64,000 bases of DNA from Candidatus Anstonellales archaeon. GTDB lineage: Archaea; Micrarchaeota; Micrarchaeia; Anstonellales; J096. The position numbers and the translations under genes were made by a program. Positions 9,377 to 19,786 of this stretch are shown one piece after another; position 1 is the first letter of the stretch, and each line of letters opens with the position of its first letter. Location: positions 176,445-240,444 of the forward strand of contig JAWACY010000002.1 of NCBI GenBank assembly GCA_038896535.1, in the 5' to 3' direction. Below the pieces are notes generated by a model that was not told the DNA's origin, did not search any database, and worked only from the letters and a program-made list of their open reading frames with translations.

Positions 9377-10912
9377 TTAAATAGACTTTAATTTATTCAT
9401 CACATAAACTATCTGCGGAACTTCTGAAGCAAGTTTCTCTATTTGTGCAATTATTATAAATACTTTTCCCATGCTGCCTTTGTATTCTTTCTCAAATCTC
9501 AATATAACATGCTTATAGTAATTATCTGCAAGCTTATAAAGATTGTCTCTTATTTGCTTTGCTTCTTCTTTGCTTGGCTTTTTCTTAATATTCCTTATCC
9601 ATGACATCAAAGTTTCCATTGATTCAATAATTATATACCTTTCAGTAGTATCCATATGGTAAAAATTCATTGAATCATTTATGTTTTTTAATCTTTTTGC
9701 CAGATCTTTCAGCAAAACTGAAAATTTCGATAAATAAGCAAGCATTTCTGCATGTTTTTTGTCTGTTTCCTTAATTGAAGTTTTCGCTATATAATATGAT
9801 ATCTCATCATAAATAAATTCAGAGTAAGCATGGTATTTATTAACAATTACCTCATTATTTTTTTGCTTTTCTGCCCCATCTCTTATCTCTTTTGCCATTT
9901 CCTCAATTGCATTCATATAATCAAGAAGTTGTGTCCTTATATTTTTTATTCTCCTATTTACATCCTTTTCTGCTTTTAAGTATTTTACTTCAAATATTGT
10001 TTGCTGTGGCAGTTCATTAATTTCTCTTAACTTCCTTTCAATATGTGAAGAGAAAAATGTCATTACAAAGGCAGCAAGGATATTCAATAACGTATGGGCA
10101 TTGGCAACAAACCTGCCAGGATCATTTGATATATTTGATACTATATCATAAAGCTGATTTATGAATAATATGCCTATTAAAACAACTATGACATTGAATA
10201 AAACATGGAATTGAGCTACTGTCTTCCCAAATTTATCTGAATGCCTTGAAGCAATTAAGGCAGTCGATACTGTACCAAGATTTCCTCCAAATATTACGAA
10301 AAATGAGTTATACAATGATATTAAGCCAGAAGAAGAAAGCAAAACAGCAATTGATGTTATTATCCCGCTTGATTGAACTATTATTGTAGCAACCAAACTA
10401 ATGATAAATAGCAATAAAGTATCTTTTGTTTCAAAGAATTGAGTTAAATCTGCATTTCTCTTTATTATATCCTGTGCATATTCCAAAGAAAATATAACAA
10501 GCCCAAACATAAATATAGCCCTTCCTAAAATTGAAAACCTTCTAAAAAAAGATATTAAAAATCCAATTATTATTAAAGTTGGGGCTATAAAGAACAATTT
10601 AAATGAAACTATCTGGGCAGTCATTGTAGAACCGATATTAGCACCTATTATTAAGGCAAAGGCCTGTCTTAAAGTAATGGCTGAAGATGCTGTTAATGAA
10701 ATTACAAGAACAGAAAAGGCACTGCTTGACTGTAAAATTGCAGTTATAATAAAGCCAGCTATTATATTTACCCAAAAATTCCTAAATTTTAATAATTTAT
10801 TTTTTACTTCTTCTTTAACAAAGATTTCTGTTTCCTTTGTTAGTGCTTTAATTGAATATATGAACAATGCTATTGCTGCCAAAAATGCAAGGCCTGCTTC
10901 TATTGTAATCAT
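9377..10912 (-). CDS. Na+/phosphate cotransporter family protein with PhoU-like C-terminus
   Basis: Duplicated QSSS/QSSG and GANIGST/GGNLGT motifs, ANAHTLLN. Confidence 0.88.
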   Translation of the reverse strand: MITIEAGLAFLAAIALFIYSIKALTKETEIFVKEEVKNKLLKFRNFWVNIIAGFIITAILQSSSAFSVLVISLTASSAITLRQAFALIIGANIGSTMTAQIVSFKLFFIAPTLIIIGFLISFFRRFSILGRAIFMFGLVIFSLEYAQDIIKRNADLTQFFETKDTLLLFIISLVATIIVQSSGIITSIAVLLSSSGLISLYNSFFVIFGGNLGTVSTALIASRHSDKFGKTVAQFHVLFNVIVVLIGILFINQLYDIVSNISNDPGRFVANAHTLLNILAAFVMTFFSSHIERKLREINELPQQTIFEVKYLKAEKDVNRRIKNIRTQLLDYMNAIEEMAKEIRDGAEKQKNNEVIVNKYHAYSEFIYDEISYYIAKTSIKETDKKHAEMLAYLSKFSVLLKDLAKRLKNINDSMNFYHMDTTERYIIIESMETLMSWIRNIKKKPSKEEAKQIRDNLYKLADNYYKHVILRFEKEYKGSMGKVFIIIAQIEKLASEVPQIVYVMNKLKSI

Positions 10913-10984
10913 AAAATGTTTTTTTTATTCCTGTTTTTAAAATTTTCTTTTAAAATTTTCTTATTTATATCAATAAGTAATGAA

Positions 10985-12946
10985 TCAATAATTAATATCA
11001 AGAGAATTTGCCATTCTCTTTATATGATTATTTTTAGATGCTCTTGCTTTGTTTATAATGAAACTTACCCTTGCCAAAATATCATAAAATCTTAATTTCT
11101 TCAAATTTTCTCTTGTTGTTTTATGAGTAAATTCAATAAAAATTTCAAACTTTTCTTTTGAAGCGTTTTCATCTCCGCAATCTTTTTCAATTTCATCCAA
11201 GCATTTCATAAGCACATGCTTAACAAGCATTCTTTTTTCCCTGTTATTTATATTTTCAGGGTCTATACAACTAAAAAATAACTTAAATGCTTTTATGAAA
11301 TTGTCCCTAATAGCATCATTAGGGAATTTCATATGTGCATATTTCTCCAATGCATAAATAGAAACATTAAATTTTTCATCTAATAAGATTGGCATTATAT
11401 ATGGGTATGTCATTTCATATCTGGAATCAATAAATGATGACATAATATTAAGAAGGTTCTTCACAGCTGGCTCATAAGTCTGCTTTTCTAAGTGAAAATC
11501 TTCATGCCCAACATTTTTAAACTTCCTTACAATATATCCTAACTGGTGTTTAAAAATAAATTTTAACAATTTTTCTCTCTCTTTCAAGCTATGCCAATAT
11601 GCAAAAAATAAAGTATGCCCAATAAGGTATCTGTATTCATTATATTCTGATGCAACAACAAAATGTTTAAGTGCTATTTCCCCTCTTATATTTTTTAACT
11701 CCTTTTTTAATATTTTATAAATAACTCTAAACAATGGACGTGCTTCTTGCCAATCTTGTTTTTCCTCAAAATTTAAACTTTGGCTTGGAATGTTTGATGC
11801 ATTATTAATGTTATTAATATTATTAACGTTATTAATGTTAAATATATCATAAATATGCGGGATAACAAAAACTAGCTTTTCACTTTGATTATTATTCTGA
11901 TTTGGTTGCACAGCTATTGGCAAGCCATATGGCCCATATTGTTCATCCCAAGCTTGGCTGCTATTTGGCTTGGATAAGAATTTATTTGCCATGCTTCTTA
12001 TTTCCTCATCATCAATAATGTCTATATAGAACTGCTTTAAAAATGCCATAAATTCATAATTATATAAAATTTTCTTTATTCCAAAATAAGACATCACGGC
12101 ATGAACATCAAAATATGTTTTTATCTTCTCCTTATGTTTATATATAAATGGTTTGTAATATGGAAAATTTCCAATGGCTTTAATTTGCACATTCTCATCA
12201 ATATTTTTTGCTGTTGCAAATGGACTAGCATAAAATGCATTTCTTGCATGATCAAAAAATGCGAGGGGCATGATTAAGGCATATTTTTCATTATTAAATT
12301 CTACATATGTTTTTAATAATGCCATATTTCTCAATTCACATAAAGCTCTGTTGAGCAGCATTTTTATTATGTGATTTCCTGGAATGTTATTAAGAATTTT
12401 TGCTTTTACAAGCAGCGCATCATAACCATTTATATAAGTCAGGTTTAATAAATCAAGCAAAAATGCTGGATTATATACAATGTCTTTTGCAACAAGGCAT
12501 GTTAAATTTTGTATATTGACAGCATTATCATTAAATAACATTGCTACATCAATGCCAGTTTTAGGCTCAATGATAAAATGGCTTGGTTTTAAGTTCTGTT
12601 CAAAATTATGGCTCTGGCCAAGGAATGACTTTATCAAAGCAATCTCTGCTTGCCTGTATTCAAATGCCCTTAAATGCTGCGCACTTCCATCAAATATTGA
12701 TGAAAGAATGATAGAAAAATACTTAGCCTGCCTTTCCTGGCTTCTATGGAATGATAAATATGGGTTGTAACATTTGCAATAATCAATAAAATCATTTATT
12801 GATAATGATTCAATGCTCAGAAATTTTTCTAGCAAAGGCCTTATTCTCTCATATTTTTTGTTTTTTATTGCTTCCTTTATTGCACTTGCACAAGCATTCT
12901 TATAATCTTTTTTCTCAAGCAATACCTTCCATTCCATTCCCGGCAT
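10985..12946 (-). CDS. Hypothetical protein (653 aa) with an Asn-rich tract
   Basis: Long ORF; NINNVNNINNINN low-complexity segment. Confidence 0.7.
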   Translation of the reverse strand: MPGMEWKVLLEKKDYKNACASAIKEAIKNKKYERIRPLLEKFLSIESLSINDFIDYCKCYNPYLSFHRSQERQAKYFSIILSSIFDGSAQHLRAFEYRQAEIALIKSFLGQSHNFEQNLKPSHFIIEPKTGIDVAMLFNDNAVNIQNLTCLVAKDIVYNPAFLLDLLNLTYINGYDALLVKAKILNNIPGNHIIKMLLNRALCELRNMALLKTYVEFNNEKYALIMPLAFFDHARNAFYASPFATAKNIDENVQIKAIGNFPYYKPFIYKHKEKIKTYFDVHAVMSYFGIKKILYNYEFMAFLKQFYIDIIDDEEIRSMANKFLSKPNSSQAWDEQYGPYGLPIAVQPNQNNNQSEKLVFVIPHIYDIFNINNVNNINNINNASNIPSQSLNFEEKQDWQEARPLFRVIYKILKKELKNIRGEIALKHFVVASEYNEYRYLIGHTLFFAYWHSLKEREKLLKFIFKHQLGYIVRKFKNVGHEDFHLEKQTYEPAVKNLLNIMSSFIDSRYEMTYPYIMPILLDEKFNVSIYALEKYAHMKFPNDAIRDNFIKAFKLFFSCIDPENINNREKRMLVKHVLMKCLDEIEKDCGDENASKEKFEIFIEFTHKTTRENLKKLRFYDILARVSFIINKARASKNNHIKRMANSLDINY

Positions 12947-12991
12947 TAATAGAATAATAGCAAAAACTTAAAAATTGTTATCTCTTGCTAT

Positions 12992-13882
12992 TTATTTAGA
13001 AAATGATTTCTTATAAACTTGAACAAGAGTCTCTACAATTTTTATTGCATTATCATCTCCTATTGCATTTCTTGTTTCTTCTGGAATCACGCTTAATGCT
13101 TTTTCATACAGCGAGCTAGTGTCTGCTTTCATGCTAAATTGTGAATTTTCGAGCTCAACATTTTTTATAACTCCGGATTCAGTGCTTGATGATATTTCAA
13201 CATGTGAACCTGCTTTTTTTGCCTTTAGAACTTCATAAGATCCTTCTTTTTCTACAATTTTTATATTATATGCTTCCAAATCAAGAAATACTTCCTCAAC
13301 ATGTTTTAACACCTTTCCAAGGTCTGCATTTTCAATTGTAACATTATAACCAAGTTCTGCTGATACAATTGCACTTATTACCTCTTTTAATGCTTCCCAG
13401 TTAAAATCTTTCTTGAATTCATCTCTTATCTTAAACATTTGCTGTCCCTTATCATCTTGCCCTTCATACTCAACAGCTATATTTAAAGCAAGCTTGTCTA
13501 TTGCTTCTTCAATAAGATGGACAAATGCCAGTATTTGGGCGTTTTCATTATTTTTATTATCGCCCAGCAATTTCTTTATTTCATCTTTTAGTAAATGCAT
13601 TTCTTCCTTTATTGATTCATAGTCCATATTTGCTAGCTCACCAGCATATTTTATTGTTTCCAATATTCTTCTGCTTATTTGTATTGTTGTTTTAGCCCCA
13701 GTCTCATCTGTTATTTCAAGCTCAACTTTTTCTTCATCACTCTCAACCAATCTTTCATTCAGCTCCTTTAACCTTTCTTCTTGCGCTTCTAATAAACTTT
13801 CTATTCTTTTCAGTGTTTTTCTTATATCTGGCTTTCTTATGTTTTGTTCTTGCTGTTTTTTTTCACCAAACTTCTTTACCAT
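12992..13882 (-). CDS. Hypothetical acidic coiled-coil protein, probably co-transcribed with the AAA ATPase
   Basis: GAGGGGGAG SD upstream; E/K-rich heptads. Confidence 0.75.
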   Translation of the reverse strand: MVKKFGEKKQQEQNIRKPDIRKTLKRIESLLEAQEERLKELNERLVESDEEKVELEITDETGAKTTIQISRRILETIKYAGELANMDYESIKEEMHLLKDEIKKLLGDNKNNENAQILAFVHLIEEAIDKLALNIAVEYEGQDDKGQQMFKIRDEFKKDFNWEALKEVISAIVSAELGYNVTIENADLGKVLKHVEEVFLDLEAYNIKIVEKEGSYEVLKAKKAGSHVEISSSTESGVIKNVELENSQFSMKADTSSLYEKALSVIPEETRNAIGDDNAIKIVETLVQVYKKSFSK

Positions 13883-13920
13883 ACTCCCCCTCTTAATAAT
13901 TAAGACTAATTTAATTAAAA

Positions 13921-16356
13921 TTAATTCGTTAATATTTCCCCGCTTCCTTTCTTACTGCTTTCATTCCCTTGTTTTGTTCCGCCTTTTATTCTTCTTATAA
14001 ATTCTCTTGCTTTTTCTTCTATATCATGCTTAAAATTACTGTTCTCAAGAGAAAATTCAGTGAGCCCTAAAACAAGCTTTTTCACTTCTTTATGTGATTT
14101 TAAATATCTATCAAGCCCATAACCGCCCATCAATGCACTAGATGTTCTCACATATTCATGGCCAAATCTTGCAGGATCTGCTAAATTTTCCGTTTTAACA
14201 AGCTCTGTTAGCTTTCTCAATATGTTATTATATTCGCCATAAAATTCCTTATACAATTCAATTTTTGTCAGCTTGCTGTTGTTCAATAACTCTATGAAAT
14301 CCCGCTCTCCTTTTATATGATCAGTGCTTTCACTCACAAACAGCATTAAACCATAATCTGTATTATCAATAATTATTTGTCCGCCATAAATTAAAATATG
14401 TCCTTTTGTCCTTGCCTCTCTTACCAGCTCATTAAATTTGGGCGTATGCTCCATATTAAAGGTGCCAGTTCCAAATAATGTCTCTATGTTTTTAATATAA
14501 ATAAGTAAATTCTCTGCTTCAATAAGCTTTTCTTTTACTTCTGATATGTTTTTTGGCGTTACAGAAACAATACCATGCAAAAGCTCTGCTCCATCTACTT
14601 TTACTCCTATATATGGGTCTTCCCTACTTTTATGTTCTATAACTTTCTTTAATGATAAATACTGCATTGATTCTAAAACCTTTGACGATATTAGTTCATC
14701 TCCAAAACCCATTACCCTGCCTTTTTTTTCATCCATTGATTTTTGCAAGTAATCTATTACATGGGATAATGCTGTGCTTGTTGGCAATGCCCTTGTCAAA
14801 ACATTATATATCATAACAACTGTATCTTCAACCAACCTTTCTTCATCTATTTCCCCAGTGCCTTTCCTTAATCTTGCATTAAATAGAGATTCAATAATTG
14901 AGAGTGTTAAGCTATCAATGTTTTCTTTCAATGCATCAAAAAATGCCCTTCTCATTGTTATCAATGCTGGCTCTTCTTCAATTTTATCTTTATTATAGAG
15001 TGCTTCAAGCAAGTCAAGCCTTCCAGACACTTCCATGAATCTGCCTAATCTGATGCTATCTTCATTAGCATTTTTTAATAATTTGTATATTTCTTCATTA
15101 TTTATATTTATAGGGCTGTCAAATTTATCTCCTACCCTTTTTTGTATAACCATTTCTTCAAGCATTCTTTTTATATCTGCTCCTGTCACAAATGGAATAG
15201 AAGCAAATGTTTGTATTGCTCCTTGCTTATCTTTAAATACTATAGCAGGGTCTTCAAAACGTTTTATTAGAGTTTCTGCAATCTTTATTCTTGCTTGCAT
15301 TGAAGGATAAGGCATATGCACTACTCTTAACCTACCAGACCTTGTTAAAGCTTCATCAATCATAACAGGCCTGTTAGTTATGCCAACAACTGCTATGCCA
15401 TTATTGAATGATGCCAATGAACTTGAATCTATCTGCTGCAAAAGCTGGTTTAAAGGAGCATTGCTCATTAAATCTCTTGAACCGACTGCATCTATTTCAT
15501 CTATAAATATTATTACAGGAACGCCAGGAACAATTTTATTAATCAGAGAGATAAGGTAATTCTCAGTTATCCCATCATTATTGCCTTTTTTTGCAAGTTC
15601 TTTATTTATATCTTCTTTTAAACTTGTTATAAGCCTGCTTTCTGTAGCTTCTGATGGCTGTATAATATTAAGAAAAGAATCCGTATCCTTTATATGATTT
15701 GCAATCAAATTGCTATCTAAATTAACATTTTCAGCTATCTTGCTTATTATATCAGCAACTTTTATATTTTCTTCAAGCATTTGGGTTATTATTGATGCCC
15801 TTCTGAATAATCTTGAAATAAAAAATGCTGATTCTATTACTGAAGGATCTGCTAAAGTTGATGCTGTTAAAGTTATCTGTTTAACTCCAGTAAGCCTTGA
15901 TAGCTCATTGACCAAATAGCTCTTACCAGTGCCTGGTGGTCCTTTTATTAATGTATGTGGTTTCACTTCTGGTGGGTAATATTGAGGAGCAATCATTGGT
16001 ATAAGCCTTAATATAATTTCATTCTTTATTCTGTTATCTATTGCATACCTGCCTTCAAACTTTTGTTCCAGCCATTCTACAAATGAATTATATTGCAATG
16101 CTTCTCTGATTGAGGCATTATACATTTTATAGTGTTTTTTTGCTTCTTCCTCAATTTTACTGTAATCAGCTTCATAATTGCCCCTTGGACTTTTTCCATC
16201 TTGTCCAATTACTGTCATCCCGCCCTCTGAATTTGCATTGTCTCCAAAATTAGGTTTATCTCCATTATTGCCCTCATTTCTATTGCCTTTATTCCAATTT
16301 CCTCTATCGCCATCTCCTTTTCTCCTATCATCATCCCCCAAATCCCATCTTGCCAT
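13921..16356 (-). CDS. AAA+ ATPase (classic CDC48/FtsH-type module) with large insertion
   Basis: Walker A GPPGTGKS, Walker B IFIDEID, SRH TNRPVMIDEALTRSGRL, TGADI. Confidence 0.85.
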   Translation of the reverse strand: MARWDLGDDDRRKGDGDRGNWNKGNRNEGNNGDKPNFGDNANSEGGMTVIGQDGKSPRGNYEADYSKIEEEAKKHYKMYNASIREALQYNSFVEWLEQKFEGRYAIDNRIKNEIILRLIPMIAPQYYPPEVKPHTLIKGPPGTGKSYLVNELSRLTGVKQITLTASTLADPSVIESAFFISRLFRRASIITQMLEENIKVADIISKIAENVNLDSNLIANHIKDTDSFLNIIQPSEATESRLITSLKEDINKELAKKGNNDGITENYLISLINKIVPGVPVIIFIDEIDAVGSRDLMSNAPLNQLLQQIDSSSLASFNNGIAVVGITNRPVMIDEALTRSGRLRVVHMPYPSMQARIKIAETLIKRFEDPAIVFKDKQGAIQTFASIPFVTGADIKRMLEEMVIQKRVGDKFDSPININNEEIYKLLKNANEDSIRLGRFMEVSGRLDLLEALYNKDKIEEEPALITMRRAFFDALKENIDSLTLSIIESLFNARLRKGTGEIDEERLVEDTVVMIYNVLTRALPTSTALSHVIDYLQKSMDEKKGRVMGFGDELISSKVLESMQYLSLKKVIEHKSREDPYIGVKVDGAELLHGIVSVTPKNISEVKEKLIEAENLLIYIKNIETLFGTGTFNMEHTPKFNELVREARTKGHILIYGGQIIIDNTDYGLMLFVSESTDHIKGERDFIELLNNSKLTKIELYKEFYGEYNNILRKLTELVKTENLADPARFGHEYVRTSSALMGGYGLDRYLKSHKEVKKLVLGLTEFSLENSNFKHDIEEKAREFIRRIKGGTKQGNESSKKGSGEILTN

Positions 16357-16696
16357 AAAACTAAATGCATAAGAAATATTTATAAATTTATACTTAATGA
16401 TAAATCGTTATAAATCATTATTATAATTAATGATAAATTATCGCTTGCTAAATCTTGCTTCTGCTAAACCAAACATAACAAACATAAATAACTCTTGCTT
16501 TATTTTATTTTTTATTTCAACCTTTTTATTAAGCTTTTTATTAAATTACAATAGAAATAGAAAAATTGGGGGACTGATTTCCCCATTCCCCAAAACCCTA
16601 TCAATTCGGCTTAAATAATTAATAAACCGTAAATTTTATAAACTTTTCTTTTATTATTTATGTTTTTTATTTATGTTATATAATTGATATTTTTTA

Positions 16697-17329
16697 CTAT
16701 ATTTCTATAAAATCTACTTCAACATCGTTTTTATTTACTCTTATTACGCCTGCTTTTCCTTCTTTTGCTGGGGGCAAGTTAATAAAATATGTATTTTCAT
16801 GCTTTTCTATGCCAACAACTTCATGAATATGACCAAACACATTTAACAAAGGCTTTTTTTCTTTTATTATTGATGATATGGAGATGCTACCATAACCTTT
16901 ATCCAAAATACCTTTCGGCGGACAATGAGTTATTAATATTGTATTATTATCAATATCGAGATTTTTCATCTGCCTCATTATTTCATCTTCCTCAAGTTCT
17001 CCTGGAGTCTCAAATGGCGTTATTGGTGAAAAACCAAAACCAGCTATTTTATAAGATTTAAAATTTACAACTTTATTATGTATGCTTAAACCAGCATCTC
17101 TATATTTCCGCTCAATTTCAAAACTCTCATTATTGCCAGGCACATAAAAACACGGCAGGCCTATTGATTTAACTACATTTATGACTTGATCAGCGAATAT
17201 ATAATATGAGCTTATATCTCCTGCCATTATGATAGCATCAAAACCAGAAAAATCAAATGATTTTATGTTCATCAATACATTTTCTCTATCATGCAGATCA
17301 GCAATTGCAAAAAATTTTATACTTGCCAT
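16697..17329 (-). CDS. Calcineurin-like metallophosphoesterase
   Basis: ADLH, AGDI, VPGNNE, THCPP, FGHIHE motifs. Confidence 0.9.
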   Translation of the reverse strand: MASIKFFAIADLHDRENVLMNIKSFDFSGFDAIIMAGDISSYYIFADQVINVVKSIGLPCFYVPGNNESFEIERKYRDAGLSIHNKVVNFKSYKIAGFGFSPITPFETPGELEEDEIMRQMKNLDIDNNTILITHCPPKGILDKGYGSISISSIIKEKKPLLNVFGHIHEVVGIEKHENTYFINLPPAKEGKAGVIRVNKNDVEVDFIEI

Positions 17330-17336
17330 ATTACCA

Positions 17337-17924
17337 TCAATTTTCTATCTTGTCAAATGCACCATTCTTATAAAGGGCAAATAAAACAATTGATATTGCT
17401 ATAATATTTATTTCCCATGTGTATTTTGAAAGTATCGTCAACATGCTTGCTGGCAATATAAAAACTGCGAGAGTTAAGCATGTTGGGCAGGTTGAAACAA
17501 GCAATGTTGAAATAAATGATAAAGATGATAATGGCATCATATGAAAAGTATTTTTAACTAATTTTCCATTATTTTTGGTCTCTTTATTATTGTCTTTTAC
17601 TTCAATACATATGGGGTTTTTCAATAAATAGAGTTGATATGAGAATGATAAGCCAAAAAGCAAAGATAAAGCAAATACAAATAAAAGTTGATAAATATTT
17701 AGTGTTGAAATCCAGAAACCAATGTTATCGATCAAGCCAAAAACTTGGAAATATGAATAAAAAAAGAAAAATGCAATGCTGAAAATTAAGAATGCTATAA
17801 AATAAAATGGGCTTGCTAAAATGCTTAATATCCTGTATTTCATATTCATATATTTAACATTATCACTCATATGATTATTACTTATTATTAATATTTTTAA
17901 ACTTTCCTCCATTATTTTTTCCAT
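17337..17924 (-). CDS. Membrane protein with CxxC motif
   Basis: About 4 TM segments; STCPTCL; true start may be downstream of 17924. Confidence 0.6.
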   Translation of the reverse strand: MEKIMEESLKILIISNNHMSDNVKYMNMKYRILSILASPFYFIAFLIFSIAFFFFYSYFQVFGLIDNIGFWISTLNIYQLLFVFALSLLFGLSFSYQLYLLKNPICIEVKDNNKETKNNGKLVKNTFHMMPLSSLSFISTLLVSTCPTCLTLAVFILPASMLTILSKYTWEINIIAISIVLFALYKNGAFDKIEN

Positions 17925-18210
17925 TTATCCAGGCAGCATAATCTTTTGAAGCATTTGCTTTGAAATATATAAATTCGGGCAATTCATAATTTGAAAGCCT
18001 TTTTACTTCCTTCTCTATTATTTTAACATTCTGGTTCTTTGCCTTTATTATGATCAAATACTCTTTTGATTTTTGCTTTTTGCCTTCCCATAAATAAAAA
18101 CTTTGCATGCTTATGATTTGTACGCATGAGGCAATATTTTTGCTTATCAATGCATTTGCTATGTTTTCTGCAACACTCTTTTTATCTGTTGTTGTGAAAG
18201 CAACAAGCAT
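17878..18210 (-). CDS. cutA: Divalent cation tolerance protein CutA
   Basis: ASCVQI, SFYLWEGK, YELPEFI, YAAWI. Confidence 0.9.
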   Translation of the reverse strand: MLVAFTTTDKKSVAENIANALISKNIASCVQIISMQSFYLWEGKKQKSKEYLIIIKAKNQNVKIIEKEVKRLSNYELPEFIYFKANASKDYAAWINGKNNGGKFKNINNK

Positions 18211-18257
18211 ATTAATTATTTAGCAATGTTTAAAAATAATTTATATACATTAATTAA

Positions 18258-18929
18258 ATGGAGATATTAAACAACGTGCTTGATAATGAAGCTTTATTGG
18301 GCAATTTAAAATTATCAATAAACGATGGCTTGTTATATCTGGGAAAAGGCAGTAAATTTTTTATAATAGCGCCATCAAGATTGGGGCTAAGGGAAATAAC
18401 AATTGATGCCAGAATACTTAAAATAAATGAAAAGCAAGCATATGTTTTTGATAAAACAAATAAAGCATTTGTTATAAGCCCAAAAGAAGAGCATGGTGAA
18501 TTAAAAATAGATATAAAGGAACTGACTTTGCCTTTTATTTTATCAAATCATTTTAGGGGATGCTCATATAATACAAATTTCCTTATCATAGACATAAAAA
18601 ATGGCTCTTATATTATGCTTGTTGGTAATAATATCATTAGCAGCAAAATATCTATATCAGATAAAGCAATGCCTTTCATGGTTAATGATGTAGGCGTAAT
18701 AATAGATAAAAAAGACATGCACGTTATAAAAAATGGCATCAGAAATGTTTTGGTATTAGCAAAAGCATTGAACACATCTTCATTAATGATAGATTATGAA
18801 AAAAGGAGAGGGGAAACAACAATATTCATATCTGATGGGACTTATGATGTTAAGATGGTAATAAGCGATAATGGAAATATAAAATATGGAGAAAGGGCCA
18901 ATATATTTTTCGAAAGCAAAAAAGAATAA
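18258..18929 (+). CDS. Hypothetical beta-rich protein
   Basis: 223-aa ORF downstream of a TTTATATA box. Confidence 0.6.
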   Translation: MEILNNVLDNEALLGNLKLSINDGLLYLGKGSKFFIIAPSRLGLREITIDARILKINEKQAYVFDKTNKAFVISPKEEHGELKIDIKELTLPFILSNHFRGCSYNTNFLIIDIKNGSYIMLVGNNIISSKISISDKAMPFMVNDVGVIIDKKDMHVIKNGIRNVLVLAKALNTSSLMIDYEKRRGETTIFISDGTYDVKMVISDNGNIKYGERANIFFESKKE

Positions 18930-18988
18930 AGCATGGATAATTGGAAAATTGGAAAAAAGAGATATAGAATATAAAAATAGTGGTTTAA

Positions 18989-19786
18989 ATGGCAGGTTAT
19001 AAATTGTTAAATTTTTTATCTTTGCCTAATTCATATCCATACAAATATGCATTAATATTCTTTCCATACGAGAAAAGCACTGGGTTTATGAAAGGCACTT
19101 CTAAATCATGGAAAGAAATCATAAAGCAGAGCCATAATATAGAAACATACGATTTTGAGCTTGGTACAAATGCTGTAGAAAAAGGCATATCTGCATTCTT
19201 AATAAGTAATAAGGATGATTTAAAAAATGTCATTGAAGAAACTAAAAAGCATAAAGCATTCAACATATTTATTGGAGGAGAGCATACTATAAGTTACTGG
19301 TCATCTAATTTTTTTCATTTCAATACATTTTTCTTATTCGATGCACATGCTGATTGTATGAATTTATATAAAGGCAAGAGCCTTACCCATGCAACATGGT
19401 TAAGAAGATTAATAGAAAAAAAACAAAAAAACATTGCTTTTTATATATCTGGATTGAGGATAGCAAGTAAAGAAGAACATTTATTCCTAAAAAGGCATAA
19501 TGTTAAAACAAGCAAGAGTTTTATAAAATTGCATAATAAGGATATTTACTTATCAATAGACCTTGATGCACTTGACATGTCAGCAATGCCTTGCTGCTCT
19601 AATCCAGAAGTTGCTGGTTTTTCATGGCACGAATTAATCAATAACATAGCATACTTAATTAAAAACAATAATGTTGTTGCTGTTGACATAGTTGAGCATA
19701 GGCCTATCAAAGGTTTAGAATTTTATAGCTATGCTGTTGGATGGTTAATATATAAAATCCTTTGCCTTAAAGAAAAATATGGCTAA
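18989..19786 (+). CDS. speB: Agmatinase (arginase/ureohydrolase family)
   Basis: GGEHTIS, DAHAD, HATW, SIDLDALD metal-binding motifs. Confidence 0.82.
   Translation: MAGYKLLNFLSLPNSYPYKYALIFFPYEKSTGFMKGTSKSWKEIIKQSHNIETYDFELGTNAVEKGISAFLISNKDDLKNVIEETKKHKAFNIFIGGEHTISYWSSNFFHFNTFFLFDAHADCMNLYKGKSLTHATWLRRLIEKKQKNIAFYISGLRIASKEEHLFLKRHNVKTSKSFIKLHNKDIYLSIDLDALDMSAMPCCSNPEVAGFSWHELINNIAYLIKNNNVVAVDIVEHRPIKGLEFYSYAVGWLIYKILCLKEKYG

Noticed and set aside
16430..16618. 62-aa ORF in the AT-rich intergenic region (likewise 32715..32915)
   Set aside because: Low-complexity, no SD, no recognisable motif
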